Positions 28,709 to 38,730 are shown, counted from the first letter of the stretch. The stretch: DNA of 64,000 nt from Pyrinomonadaceae bacterium (GCA_041492185.1 JBGPWL010000010.1:10117-74116); one strand, 5' to 3'. A program made the numbers and translations. The notes: generated by a model not told the origin, from the sequence alone.

Positions 28709-28797
28709 CAAGTGAAATCGTAAGGCGCAAAGATGAATTAAGACTAGCCGACAGAGATGCTGGTTTTAGTGAGAAACGAAAACGCAGTAACGCCGTC

Positions 28798-29877
28798 ATG
28801 AAGATCCGGATACTAGTGGATTTTGAAGCGTTTTGGACGAGTTTGTCGGAAGACATTCGCGCGGCAAAGCAGTATGCGTTTGTCGAAACGTTTTCGTTTG
28901 AAGGCGACCGCGTTGGCAAGATGCTCGCTGATCTGCTTGGCGCCAGCCAGGCGCACGACAGACGTGTTCTCGTTGATTCGTTTGCGAAGATTGTCCTGAG
29001 TGACCGGTTCTTGTATGCGCCTGCCAATCTGGTCAACGCGGACCTGCGACAGGAAGCAAAAGAGACGAAGCAACTCCACAAGAGCCTGCAGAACGCCGGC
29101 GTCGAGATCAAGCATGGAAATCCTTTTGGTCTTTCACCGCGCCGGTGTCTGACGCGCAATCACAAAAAGTTGATCGTGATCGACGATCGCGTCGCTTATA
29201 TCGGCGGGATGAACTTCAGCGAACACAACGCCGCCTGGCACGACATGATGCTGAGAATCGAAGACGACGACGTGGCTGCGTTTTTGCGAGACGACTTTCT
29301 CGCGTCGTGGGAAGGAAAGAGCCGCGCGCTCTCAAAGTCGTTTGCCGGAATTGATCTGCACACTCTCGACGGCCGCTCAAACGCTTCTGTCTTTGGCAAA
29401 GTTTTGCAGTTGATCGACGACGCGCAGACGTCGATCTTTGTGGAGAGCCCCTACATCACCTTTCCTTTCTACGATCATTTGCGCGAGGCTCGGCAGCGTG
29501 GCGTTTCAGTTACGATCGTTACGCCGCGGCGCAACAACTGGAGCTATTTTGCGGACTATGCCAGATGGGAATCAACGCGTTGCGGAATTGATTTGCGGCT
29601 TTCCGATCAAGGCATGAGCCACCTCAAAGCCATGCTGGTGGACGAGCGGCATTTGATCGTGGGCTCTTCAAACTTTGATTTATTGAGTTACCGCATTTAC
29701 CAGGAGATCCTCGCGATCATCACTGTTCCGGAAGTTGTCGCAGATTTTCGTGAAAAGGTTATGAGCGTCGACCTAAGAAATTCTCAGTGCGCCGAAGATC
29801 AAGAGCGAGAGCACGCAACCTGGTCCCGCTTGCGTGTGAAATTACTCAACAAAGGCCTGACGCTGCTGCTCGATTAG
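28798..29877 (+). CDS. phospholipase D / cardiolipin synthase-like protein (two HKD motifs)
   Basis: NHKKLIVIDDRVAYIGGMN and SHLKAMLVDERHLIVGSSN HxK(x)4D motifs. Confidence 0.8.
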   Translation: MKIRILVDFEAFWTSLSEDIRAAKQYAFVETFSFEGDRVGKMLADLLGASQAHDRRVLVDSFAKIVLSDRFLYAPANLVNADLRQEAKETKQLHKSLQNAGVEIKHGNPFGLSPRRCLTRNHKKLIVIDDRVAYIGGMNFSEHNAAWHDMMLRIEDDDVAAFLRDDFLASWEGKSRALSKSFAGIDLHTLDGRSNASVFGKVLQLIDDAQTSIFVESPYITFPFYDHLREARQRGVSVTIVTPRRNNWSYFADYARWESTRCGIDLRLSDQGMSHLKAMLVDERHLIVGSSNFDLLSYRIYQEILAIITVPEVVADFREKVMSVDLRNSQCAEDQEREHATWSRLRVKLLNKGLTLLLD

Positions 29878-29889
29878 CACGGCTGCGGC

Positions 29890-31257
29890 TCACTTCTTCA
29901 TCAACTCCAGCACCGCAGAGGTCATCGCTTTCACTCCCGCCCTCAGTGTCGGTTCAGGCACCGGCGCAAACACCGCCGAGTGAAGCGAAGGCATCGGCGT
30001 ACCGGTTTCTCTGCTCTGTTTGAGTTTCGTGGGATCGGCCGCGCCGAGCCAAAACATGGCCGCGGGAATCTGGTGGTCCAAACTGAAATAGCCAAAATCT
30101 TCGCTGCCCATGATCGGCGGCGTCTTTACGACGTTCTCCTGTCCCAGCGCTTTCACAAACACGCCGGCCAACTTTTCCGTGAGCGCCGGATCGTTATAGG
30201 TTGCCGTAGTAACTTCGGTGTCGCTGACCTTTACTATCGGCGCGCGATCATTCGGAATTCCCGCAGCCAGTGCGATTCCTTTCGTGATGCGTTCGATTGA
30301 AGCGAGCAGTTTTTGCCGCACTTCTTCTTTGTAAGCTCTGACCGTGAGCAACAGAGTCACTTCGTCGGGAATGATGTTGGATTTCGTCCCGCCGTGAATC
30401 GAGCCGACGGTCACCACTGCCGGATCAAGCGGCGAATTCTCGCGGCTCACGATCGTTTGCAGCGCCAGGATCACCTGAGCCGCTACAACGATCGGGTCCT
30501 TCGTTGACTCTGGTCTGGAGCCGTGACCGCCGATGCCGCGAACTTTGATCTCAACTGAAGTTGAACTCGCCAGCGCATAGCCGGGCGCATAACCAACTCT
30601 TCCGGCTTCGATATCGTTCGAGTCGTGTAGCGCGATCGCATAGTCGGGTTTGCCGAATCGAGCGTAGAGCCCGTCCTTCAGCATTGCTCTGGCGCCATCG
30701 ATCGTCTCTTCCGCGGGCTGGCCAATCAGAATAAGAGTTCCGCGCCACTGATCCTTTAGCGTTGCCAACATCTTCGCCGTGCCGAGCATTGTCGTGATGT
30801 GAATATCGTGTCCGCACGCATGCATGACGCCCACATCCTGGCGGGCTTCGTTCTTGGTTTTGACCGTGCTCGCGTATGGCAATCCGGTTTTCTCTTCTAC
30901 CGGCAGCGCGTCGAGATCGGTGCGCACCAGGACGGTCGGGCCCTCGCCATTCTTCATCACGGCCACAACGCCGTAGCCGGTCCACTCCGGTCGATCGTAC
31001 TTACCGACGTGTTCGGTAACTGTGTAGCCGAGCGCTCTTAGCTGGCCGGCAAAAAACGAAGACGTTTTCTCTTCATAATGCGAAAGCTCAGGCGCGGCGT
31101 GCAGCGTCTTGTAAGTTGCAACGAGCGACCCAATCTCGCGGTCGATCAAAGTGTCGAGCGATTGCTGAGCACTCGCGGTTGCGACAAAGAGACTCAAGCA
31201 AAAGAAGATTGTAAATAAGATTCTACGTTGCATTAGGGGAAGCTCCACATATTTCAT
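29890..31257 (-). CDS. secreted M20D-family amidohydrolase
   Basis: 455 aa; signal peptide; HACGHDIHITTMLG and GQPAEE metal-binding motifs. Confidence 0.85.
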   Translation of the reverse strand: MKYVELPLMQRRILFTIFFCLSLFVATASAQQSLDTLIDREIGSLVATYKTLHAAPELSHYEEKTSSFFAGQLRALGYTVTEHVGKYDRPEWTGYGVVAVMKNGEGPTVLVRTDLDALPVEEKTGLPYASTVKTKNEARQDVGVMHACGHDIHITTMLGTAKMLATLKDQWRGTLILIGQPAEETIDGARAMLKDGLYARFGKPDYAIALHDSNDIEAGRVGYAPGYALASSTSVEIKVRGIGGHGSRPESTKDPIVVAAQVILALQTIVSRENSPLDPAVVTVGSIHGGTKSNIIPDEVTLLLTVRAYKEEVRQKLLASIERITKGIALAAGIPNDRAPIVKVSDTEVTTATYNDPALTEKLAGVFVKALGQENVVKTPPIMGSEDFGYFSLDHQIPAAMFWLGAADPTKLKQSRETGTPMPSLHSAVFAPVPEPTLRAGVKAMTSAVLELMKK

Positions 31258-31272
31258 GGGAATTTCGATCTG

Positions 31273-31794
31273 CTATTTCACAAACACCCGCATCAATTCG
31301 CTGATGCGCGCGAGATGGTAATCGTCGTGTTCGGCCTGGAACAGTATCATATCTACTAAACGCATTTGCACGTTCAAGCGCGGGTGAAGCGCCGAGCGCG
31401 CAAACATTTCGGGCTCAAGTCCCTCAAGCCGCGCGACCACGCGCGTGCGCTGTTCTCGAAACGCGCGCAGGATTGACGCGACGGCCACGGCATTATGATC
31501 GGCTTCGTAAGTCTTCCGGTTCGACATGTCCGCCGCGTGCAGCGTGGCAACGCCGGCAACGTATTCCTCAATTCTTTGGATCACCAACGATTCAAGATCC
31601 AGCAGGTGGCCGGCGTTTTCCTGAATTGACCAGCGGTCACCGTCGCGGCGCGTCAGAACCTCGGCAGACAGCGAGCGAATGCGATCTTCAAGCCGCGCCG
31701 GCGTGCCGCGCACGCGTTCAATCATTTCTGGATAGAGTTCAACGAGAAAGTTGAAATCAAAACGCCGATCAGTCCATTTGATTCGTGCACTCAT
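31273..31794 (-). CDS. DinB family protein
   Basis: 173 aa; four-helix DinB-like pattern with His triad candidates (AGHLLD ... EHDDYHLARI). Confidence 0.65.
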   Translation of the reverse strand: MSARIKWTDRRFDFNFLVELYPEMIERVRGTPARLEDRIRSLSAEVLTRRDGDRWSIQENAGHLLDLESLVIQRIEEYVAGVATLHAADMSNRKTYEADHNAVAVASILRAFREQRTRVVARLEGLEPEMFARSALHPRLNVQMRLVDMILFQAEHDDYHLARISELMRVFVK

Positions 31795-31897
31795 GATTTG
31801 ACCTGGCGCCTAAAATCTTCCGCCACCGGCAACAAGTGTCGAAAGGTTTAGGCACGAGGTATCTGGTGATTGCGCTTCGTGCGAAAGGAACTCGGCG

Positions 31898-32353
31898 CTA
31901 AGCGCCCGCGGCAATGCCCTGTCTTACTTCTTCAATTGCCTTGTTGACAAACTCGATCGCCTTGGCGCGATGACCACCCTTGTCCGCCGTGGCCGAATCC
32001 AGGTTTCGTTTTGCGTTCAGCAAATGTTCGAGCGCGCTTCTCATGTGCGGCTGATCAGGGACTACTGATGATTCGGCAAAAATGTCCGTCACTGATTGCG
32101 CGTGGTTGTGCCGGCGATCGAAAGCAATCCCGCGATTTACCTCGGCGATAGCGGCGTTAACATATTCGATCGCGTTTGCGCGGCGGCCGCCTTTGTTGTG
32201 TTCCGCCACCTGCAGTTGTCCCCTGGCCTTTTGCAGGTCTTCACGCGCCGCTTTCATAAACGGCTGATCGGGCGCCGCTGCACTCGGATAGGCAAAAGCG
32301 ACTGCGCTCAGTAACAACGCCAGGATCAATAGAATAGTCTTCGTGCTCTTCAT
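31898..32353 (-). CDS. secreted protein with internal tandem duplication
   Basis: 151 aa; signal peptide; two ~60-aa units PDQP.M..A...L..A...L..A...KGG.RA.AIE.VN.AI.EV..GIA. Confidence 0.7.
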   Translation of the reverse strand: MKSTKTILLILALLLSAVAFAYPSAAAPDQPFMKAAREDLQKARGQLQVAEHNKGGRRANAIEYVNAAIAEVNRGIAFDRRHNHAQSVTDIFAESSVVPDQPHMRSALEHLLNAKRNLDSATADKGGHRAKAIEFVNKAIEEVRQGIAAGA

Positions 32354-32457
32354 AGAGTTCTCTCCAATTTGTTTTGATGGAAAATCAACGAGGTGATGTC
32401 CGTAAAACGCCGGTATCCTACACCGTTTGAGGCTGCGGCAACAAGACGTACCGGAAT

Positions 32458-33027
32458 TTACTCAACGGCTCCGCGCGACGGAACTTTCGTTTTGCCGTGC
32501 TGCCTCAGGTAATAGTCGTGAATGTAATTTTTCATCCCAATCTCCCACGGATGCATGCCGTACTGATTGGCTTCGGCCTTCGCGCGTTCGCTGGTCCAAC
32601 CGTCGTGCGCGATGCGATAGACTGCGATCACGGTGCCGGTGCGATCCTCTCCAAGCCGACAGTGAACAAAGACGGGTTGATTGTCCGAGTCGTTGATGAT
32701 CGACAACACGCGAGTGACTTGCTCGTCGGTTGGGCGGCCAGTTCGCTTGAAGGGCACGTTGAAGTAACGCAATCCGGCGGCGCGCGCCTCAGCTTCTTCG
32801 GCGCGAGCCTGATCGTTACTCTCACGCAGATTGACGACAGTGCGAATACCGAGTTGGGCCAAACGCTTGAGGCCGCCTCGGCGCGGCTGTGCGCCGCGAT
32901 AAAGCTGTGAGTTGACCTCGTGAAAGTTCGGCAGCTCTTTGTAAGACGTGTTCTGGGCGGCTGCCGAAAAGAAAAGAGAGACAGAAATAATAACGGCCGT
33001 TAAATAACGCGCGGCTCTTGTTTTCAT
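32458..33027 (-). CDS. secreted protein-tyrosine/dual-specificity phosphatase
   Basis: 189 aa; signal peptide; P-loop VHCRLGEDRTG (C-x5-R). Confidence 0.8.
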   Translation of the reverse strand: MKTRAARYLTAVIISVSLFFSAAAQNTSYKELPNFHEVNSQLYRGAQPRRGGLKRLAQLGIRTVVNLRESNDQARAEEAEARAAGLRYFNVPFKRTGRPTDEQVTRVLSIINDSDNQPVFVHCRLGEDRTGTVIAVYRIAHDGWTSERAKAEANQYGMHPWEIGMKNYIHDYYLRQHGKTKVPSRGAVE

Positions 33028-33215
33028 GTCCGACAGTTTACTACGACGATTTCAAGCAGCCGAAGTCTTCCGCACAACAAACTTTGCTGCCTCAAGCCCC
33101 GTAAGAAACCAGCCGATGACGATCGCGCCCAGTTGCATCAGCAGGTACGCGTTGCTAAAGCTCCACCAGGTCCATTCATCAACGTGGCCGCCCACGAAAA
33201 TGAGCACGCCGGAGA

Positions 33216-33641
33216 TCAGGACACTTGCTCTTCCTTTTCCTCCGACAAACTGAACCAGTTGCCCGAGTTGTCTTTCATCACCGTGGCAGTACCCCATGAC
33301 TGCACGCTGGGCGGTCCTTTGAATTCGACGCCGCGTGCCTTTAACGCTTCATAAGTCTTCCGGCAGTCTTTGGTTTCGAACACCCCCCCGCCCAGAACGC
33401 CCTTGTCGACCAGCGATCGCAGTTGCGCGGCGGATTCTTCGTCCAGCATCATGCCCGCTTTTGGCTCCATCAGAATGATCTCAAAGCCGGGCTGGTCCTT
33501 AATTCTCATCGTGAGCCAGCGATAGTCTTCGCCGACCATGGCATCGGTATCGACTTCAAATCCCAACTTATCTCGATAGAACTCGAGCGCCTCCTGCTGG
33601 TTCTTCACCCAGATCAAAGCGTGCGACATTTTTGTAATCAT
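33216..33641 (-). CDS. VOC/glyoxalase family protein
   Basis: 141 aa; ...HALIWVKNQQEALEFYRDKLGFEV... VOC N-terminal motif. Confidence 0.8.
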   Translation of the reverse strand: MITKMSHALIWVKNQQEALEFYRDKLGFEVDTDAMVGEDYRWLTMRIKDQPGFEIILMEPKAGMMLDEESAAQLRSLVDKGVLGGGVFETKDCRKTYEALKARGVEFKGPPSVQSWGTATVMKDNSGNWFSLSEEKEEQVS

Positions 33642-33767
33642 TGTATCTCCACTCCTTCGTCAGGTTTTGAAAAGGAGCATAAGAAGTTTCGGGAAAACTC
33701 GCTTCTCGAAAATTGCGGTATTGATCCGATTCACCCGCGGTGGCGGGCAGGCATAGCCGATCGTCCA

Positions 33768-34217
33768 CTAACGCGGGCCGCTGCCGTCCAGTCCGTACAT
33801 GTAAAGAAAACAACCCGGTACCTTGCGCAGCGACTGCAGTTCGCGCTTTCGATAACTGGCCGGCGCGTCGCCGACACATCTTCGGAAAAGCGAGCTGAAC
33901 GATCCTGGACTTTGGAAGCCCACTTCAAAGCACACATCCGTCACGCTCAGCCGGCGGGAGCGGAGCAGCACCTTCGCCCTTTCGATTCGACGCTGAATCA
34001 GGTACTGGTGCGGTGTTTTGTTGAAGGCCTGGCGGAACAATCGCAGGAAATGATAACGAGAGAAACACGCCTGGCTCGACATCTGGTCCAGGTCGAGCGG
34101 ATGATCGTAACAGTGATCGATGAATTCGCGCGCGCGGCATAAGCGCCGATAGACTTCAGTGCCGAGCAGTTGATCCGCCATGGCTTCTGTCTTCTCCGCT
34201 AAATATTTGGTTCCCAA
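33768..34217 (-). CDS. short AraC/XylS-family regulator (HTH domain only, MarA/SoxS-like size)
   Basis: 149 aa; two HTH units (FSRYHFLRLFRQAFNKTPHQY, VCFEVGFQSPGSFSSLFRR); alternative start at 34181 would remove the overlap with the upstream gene. Confidence 0.75.
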   Translation of the reverse strand: MGTKYLAEKTEAMADQLLGTEVYRRLCRAREFIDHCYDHPLDLDQMSSQACFSRYHFLRLFRQAFNKTPHQYLIQRRIERAKVLLRSRRLSVTDVCFEVGFQSPGSFSSLFRRCVGDAPASYRKRELQSLRKVPGCFLYMYGLDGSGPR

Positions 34218-34834
34218 ATCTCGCGCAGGTCGAGAATAAAGCCCGGCAACTCAGGGTCGCCAGAAATCTCCAACGGATTGTCCATGATTTCGACGCTGCG
34301 GCCGGGCCGGTAAATGTGCACCTGCCTCGTCTCGGGATTAATCAGCCAGCCAAGCCTCACACCATTCTGAATGTACTCATCCATCTTTTCCTGTACGTCT
34401 TCAAAAACGTCTGTTGGCGATTTCAGCTCGATCGCGAAATCAGGAGGCAGCGGTAAAAACTTTTGCTTCTGTTCAGGCGTCAACTCCGCAAGACGCGTGC
34501 GCACCACCCAGGCCGCATCCGGAGATCGATCCGCCCCGTTTGGCAGCTTGAATCCGGTTGAAGAATCAAACGCCGCGCCCGAGCCATCACGCTTCGTCCA
34601 GTTGTGCACTTGGGCCGTAATATCCGAATTACGGTTGCCTGTTTCTCCCCCAGTTGGCGGCATAACGATGAGGTCTCCTTCCGCAGTGCGTTCCAGTCGC
34701 AAGTCACGGTTAATCTGGCAGAGGTGGAAGAACTGGTCGTCGGTCAACTCAACGGCAGGACGCAAGTGAAGCATCCACGGCGATACCCGTCTGGGTGGCT
34801 CGATGATGGGAGGTTCTATGATCGCCTGACTCAT
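34199..34834 (-). CDS. Uma2 (DUF820) family endonuclease
   Basis: 211 aa; ...RLERTAEGDLIVMPP...PDAAWV...PDFAIEL.SP.D... restriction-endonuclease-like motifs of the Uma2 family; AGGAGG upstream. Confidence 0.75.
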   Translation of the reverse strand: MSQAIIEPPIIEPPRRVSPWMLHLRPAVELTDDQFFHLCQINRDLRLERTAEGDLIVMPPTGGETGNRNSDITAQVHNWTKRDGSGAAFDSSTGFKLPNGADRSPDAAWVVRTRLAELTPEQKQKFLPLPPDFAIELKSPTDVFEDVQEKMDEYIQNGVRLGWLINPETRQVHIYRPGRSVEIMDNPLEISGDPELPGFILDLREIWEPNI

Positions 34835-34894
34835 GCGCCTTCTTTCCTCCTGACGCGCGGCATTCTAACACAGGCCTTACGGCCGTCAGCAGTA

Positions 34895-35003
34895 TCAATG
34901 CGGTGGTTGAGGTCCATCGGCGTAATAACTCCCCCCGGGTTGTGCCGACGGCGCTCTTGAACGCCGCGATGAACGCGCTCGTGCTGTCATAGCCGACAGC
35001 CAC
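34895..35003 (-). pseudogene. C-terminal remnant of an AraC-type regulator
   Basis: VAVGYDSTSAFIAAFKSAVGTT... equals the last HTH helix of AraC proteins; there is no N-terminal part and the frame breaks at a G6 run. Confidence 0.4.
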
Positions 35004-35050
35004 GTTTCACGCTATGCTCATGGAAAATGAATTAGCTAAGGAGCGAGCCA

Positions 35051-35446
35051 ATGCCCAACAACGTGAAGCATTTTGCAATTAGCGCTGATGACGTGCCGCG
35101 TGCGCGCAAGTTTTACGAACAGACTTTCGGCTGGCAATTCACGCCCTGGGGACCGCCGGGCTTTTATCTCATTCGCACGGGAACAAAAGACGATCCCGGC
35201 GTGCATGGCGCGCTGCAGGGACGCCGAGAGATTGTCGCCGGCAAACCCATGTTTGGTTTTGAGTGCACGATCGGCGTTGACTCGATCGATGACACTGTAG
35301 CCGCGATCGAAGCCAACGGTGGAAAGATCGTCATGCCCAAATTCACGATACCAACTGTCGGCACGCTGATCTTTTTTGAAGACACGGAGGGAACGGTCAT
35401 CGGCGCGATGGAGTATGACGAAAGCTACAACTTCGAAGCGGATTAG
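35051..35446 (+). CDS. VOC/glyoxalase family protein
   Basis: 131 aa; VKHFAISADDVPRARKFYEQTFGW motif; AAGGAG upstream. Confidence 0.8.
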   Translation: MPNNVKHFAISADDVPRARKFYEQTFGWQFTPWGPPGFYLIRTGTKDDPGVHGALQGRREIVAGKPMFGFECTIGVDSIDDTVAAIEANGGKIVMPKFTIPTVGTLIFFEDTEGTVIGAMEYDESYNFEAD

Positions 35447-35524
35447 TCGCGCCTGGGAGCGCGGACATGCGGGGTCCCCGGCGGGGCAGCCCCGCTGGGG
35501 TGCTCGTCCTGTCCGCATCTTCTC

Positions 35525-36505
35525 TTAAGGCTTTGCCGGCAGCGGCTTGCTCAATACGCCTGAGATCAATTCATTCAGACCGGGATCACCCTCGTGACGA
35601 AACTTGTAGAGCACGGTCAATCGGTTTAGCGAGGTCGCTTTGCTCTGCGCGTTCTTTGGATCGTCGCCCGCGGCGGCAACGGCGCGCGCATAAGCATCGA
35701 TGATGCGATCGATCACTTGATTCAATTTCTCGATCGCCTGCTTGCTCTCAGGCGCGTCGGGCTTGCCCGCAAAGTTCTTTTGGTAGTCGGCGGACATTTT
35801 CGCGTAAGGGCCCGTCTCGTACGCCACCGCCAGCACGTAGTAAGTTCCGGGCAGTTTCTTGAGTTCGCTTTCCAACTGCGCGGCTTTGATCAGATTCTCA
35901 ATCGCTTCGTTGGGTGCGCTCTTCAAACTCAGCAGGCCAACGGTGTAATAAAGATAAGCAAGCGTGTCGTCCTTGCCTTTGAAGGGCCCCCAGTTCTCCG
36001 GCACTTTGCCGCCTTCGATGAACTCGAGCGCCTTCTTCGCATAACCCATCGCTTCGGCATTAAAATTTTCATTCCGCGCGGTCGCTGCCAGATAGCCGGC
36101 GTTCCCCAATGCGATCAAGCTGTCGAGATGATCCGCGTCGTCCGCCATCACCCGCTTGCCGAGCTTGAACGCCTCAACAAAGTTCCGCTCTTCGTAAACC
36201 AGTTGCCGCAGTTGGCCCTGGCGGAGTTCGATTTCATAACCCACAACAAAGTTTTGCACGTACTTCGAAATATCATCGTTGTCCTTCGCGTAGCGCTGCA
36301 AATATGCTTTGGCGGTTTCGTACGCGACCGGCTTGTTGGTCTTGTAGTTGTTGACAAACTTCGTATAGAGATTGACCTTGACCTCGTCATCGGTCTCCTG
36401 CACCGTTTGCGTCTTCGCCGGTGGCTGAGCACGAACCGCAAAACTCGTCAGCGAAAATACAATCGCGCCACTTGCCAATAATTGAATCAAACCCCTGATG
36501 CGCAT
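35525..36505 (-). CDS. secreted helical-repeat (TPR-like) protein
   Basis: 326 aa; signal peptide; helical repeat composition; no specific family recognised. Confidence 0.6.
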   Translation of the reverse strand: MRIRGLIQLLASGAIVFSLTSFAVRAQPPAKTQTVQETDDEVKVNLYTKFVNNYKTNKPVAYETAKAYLQRYAKDNDDISKYVQNFVVGYEIELRQGQLRQLVYEERNFVEAFKLGKRVMADDADHLDSLIALGNAGYLAATARNENFNAEAMGYAKKALEFIEGGKVPENWGPFKGKDDTLAYLYYTVGLLSLKSAPNEAIENLIKAAQLESELKKLPGTYYVLAVAYETGPYAKMSADYQKNFAGKPDAPESKQAIEKLNQVIDRIIDAYARAVAAAGDDPKNAQSKATSLNRLTVLYKFRHEGDPGLNELISGVLSKPLPAKP

Positions 36506-36690
36506 AAGTCCTCCAAACGATTTCCCTGGATGCCTCGCCTTGAGCGCTAACTACTATACCAAAGGCCCGGGCTTCAGCGAATCTTAGTTGTTGTTCGGCG
36601 GAAACAGGTTGCTGACTGGTCCCTTAAGGTTTTTGCAAGTCTTGAGGTTATAATTCATTTTGTTAATGCGAACAAGAAAACAAGGGAGCT

Positions 36691-38730
36691 TTGATGTCGA
36701 CAAATAGAGCCACCAAGCGGCTTGATCGTCTGCGGTTTGTAGGCCGGATACTTTTTCTTACCGAAGACACGACGCTCATTCGCCGACAGTTGCAAGGCGA
36801 GGATCTGGAAGCAGAGCTGACGAAGAAACTCCTGGCCGGTGAGTTGCCGTTGATGAACAACATTTCAACCGACGAGATCACGCCGGGATGGGTGTGCTTC
36901 CATTACGACGAAACGCTCTCGCAGTACGTTTACGTCGGGATGCGCGAAGGCGCGGTGCAAAAAGATGAAGTGAAGAACGGCGGATTTGCGGTCGTCGTTT
37001 CCGGTTTATCCAAAGGCTGCGGATCGTCGCGCGAGACAGCGCCGTATTCGGAAAAGTGGGCGGGCATTCAGCTCGTCATTGCCCAGAGCATCGAAAAGAT
37101 CTACGGACAGAACTCGCAGAACATTGGACTGTTGACCTCAACCGATTTCGGTTTGATTGAACGTATCCGCGGCGGCGAAGAGATTCCGCTGGAAGAATTC
37201 ACGACGGGCCTCGATCCGATCTCGAAAGCAATCGTGGAATACGGCGGGCTCTTTAACTACAACAAAGCTCGGCTCGCCGGAGAAGTCTCGCCACCCTTGT
37301 CAGTACCACCTGCGTCAGCGGGTGGGTCGCGTCGCCCGATGACGATTGTCGAAAAGATCATCGCCAAACACGCCTTTGTTACCGCAGGCAAGATCGGCGT
37401 CGAAGCAGTGAAACCTGGCGATGCTTTGTTCGCGATAGCGGACGTCCGTTTTTCGCACGAGTACGTCACGCCGATGGCTGAAGCGCTCTTGAAACAGGCG
37501 CTCGGTCCTGAAGCGCGTGTGACGGAACCTGAATCCGTTTTCGCATTTCGCGATCATTTGACGTTCCTGAGCCGTGTGATGTCGCAGAAGCATCGCGACA
37601 TGGGACTGTTGGAAAAGGCCGAAGGACTCGCGACCACGCAGGAAACTTTCACGAACGCACAGGGCATCAAGCTCTACGGCGAAAACCCCGAAGGCGGCTC
37701 GGAAGCAATTTGCCACAATGCGGTGGTGGAAGATCTCGCCCTGCCCGGACAAATAGTGATCGGAACGGATTCGCACACATGCATGGCCGGCGTGCTGGGG
37801 TGCTTTGCGTTCGGCGTCGGCGCAACCGACATGGCCAACGCCTGGTACACGAAAGACATTCGCATTCGTGTTCCCGAAACTGTTCGTTACGTTTTCAAAG
37901 GTCACAAACGCGCGGATGTCGCCGCAAAAGATGTCATGCTTTACATCCTCGCTTCGGATTACATGAAGACGAGCAAAGGCATCGGCAAGGTGCTCGAGTT
38001 CGCCGGCGATGATTTGAAGAACTGGCCGATGGACGAGCGCGCAACGCTCACGAACATGGCTGTTGAGGCCGGAGGGACGACGGGGATTATCGAGCCTGAC
38101 GAGCAGACAGTTGAATACATCGTGCGCATGCGCTGCCTCGACGCGAACGAGGTGCGCAAAGGATTCACCCACAGCGATCCGGATGCCGAATATGCAGCGA
38201 CGTTTGAAATCGATCTCGATGAGATTCGTCCGATGGTGGCGCTGCCCGGCGATCCCCGCAACGGCATTCCGATCGATGAGTTGTCAGAGGAAGTAAAGAT
38301 CGACGCAGCCTACGGCGGCTCGTGCACCGGCGGTAAGATGGCCGACATGGACATGTACGCCGAGGTCTTACAAAACGCGCTCGCGCAGGGGAAACGCGTC
38401 GCGCCCGGAGTCCATCTTTATCTGCAGTTTGGTTCGAAGAAGATCAAACAGTACGCTCGCGAACGCGGCTACATCGAAATCTTCGAACGCGCCGGCGCCG
38501 AATTGATCGATCCCAGTTGCGGCGCGTGCATCAACGCCGGCCCTGGCGCTTCCAAGACCGCAGAGACCGTTACGGTGAGCGCGCAGAACCGAAACTTCCC
38601 CGGCCGCAGCGGCCCCGGCAAACTCTACCTCGCGTCTCCGTACGTCGTCGCGGCTTCAGCCATCGCCGGCAAGATCGTCGAGCCTTATGAGTTTTTGCAC
38701 CAGCCGGTGGAAGAACTGTTACCTGCTTAG
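36691..38730 (+). CDS. aconitase-family hydro-lyase with N-terminal swivel (LeuD-like) domain
   Basis: 679 aa; N-terminal GCGSSRETAPYS...VIAQSIEKIYGQNSQNIGLL (LeuD-like), then IGTDSHT, GSCTGG, CGACIN Fe-S/catalytic motifs. Confidence 0.8.
   Translation: MMSTNRATKRLDRLRFVGRILFLTEDTTLIRRQLQGEDLEAELTKKLLAGELPLMNNISTDEITPGWVCFHYDETLSQYVYVGMREGAVQKDEVKNGGFAVVVSGLSKGCGSSRETAPYSEKWAGIQLVIAQSIEKIYGQNSQNIGLLTSTDFGLIERIRGGEEIPLEEFTTGLDPISKAIVEYGGLFNYNKARLAGEVSPPLSVPPASAGGSRRPMTIVEKIIAKHAFVTAGKIGVEAVKPGDALFAIADVRFSHEYVTPMAEALLKQALGPEARVTEPESVFAFRDHLTFLSRVMSQKHRDMGLLEKAEGLATTQETFTNAQGIKLYGENPEGGSEAICHNAVVEDLALPGQIVIGTDSHTCMAGVLGCFAFGVGATDMANAWYTKDIRIRVPETVRYVFKGHKRADVAAKDVMLYILASDYMKTSKGIGKVLEFAGDDLKNWPMDERATLTNMAVEAGGTTGIIEPDEQTVEYIVRMRCLDANEVRKGFTHSDPDAEYAATFEIDLDEIRPMVALPGDPRNGIPIDELSEEVKIDAAYGGSCTGGKMADMDMYAEVLQNALAQGKRVAPGVHLYLQFGSKKIKQYARERGYIEIFERAGAELIDPSCGACINAGPGASKTAETVTVSAQNRNFPGRSGPGKLYLASPYVVAASAIAGKIVEPYEFLHQPVEELLPA

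Noticed and set aside
33052-33297. 81-aa ORF between the phosphatase and VOC genes (possible small two-TM protein)
   Set aside because: The annotated start overlaps the VOC gene by about 80 nt, there is no convincing RBS for internal starts, and no family was recognised. It cannot be supported from sequence alone.
36649-36654. Perfect TATAAT upstream of the aconitase-family gene as a promoter call
   Set aside because: There is no acceptable -35 hexamer or TG extension at 16-19 nt spacing. It is not reported as a feature.
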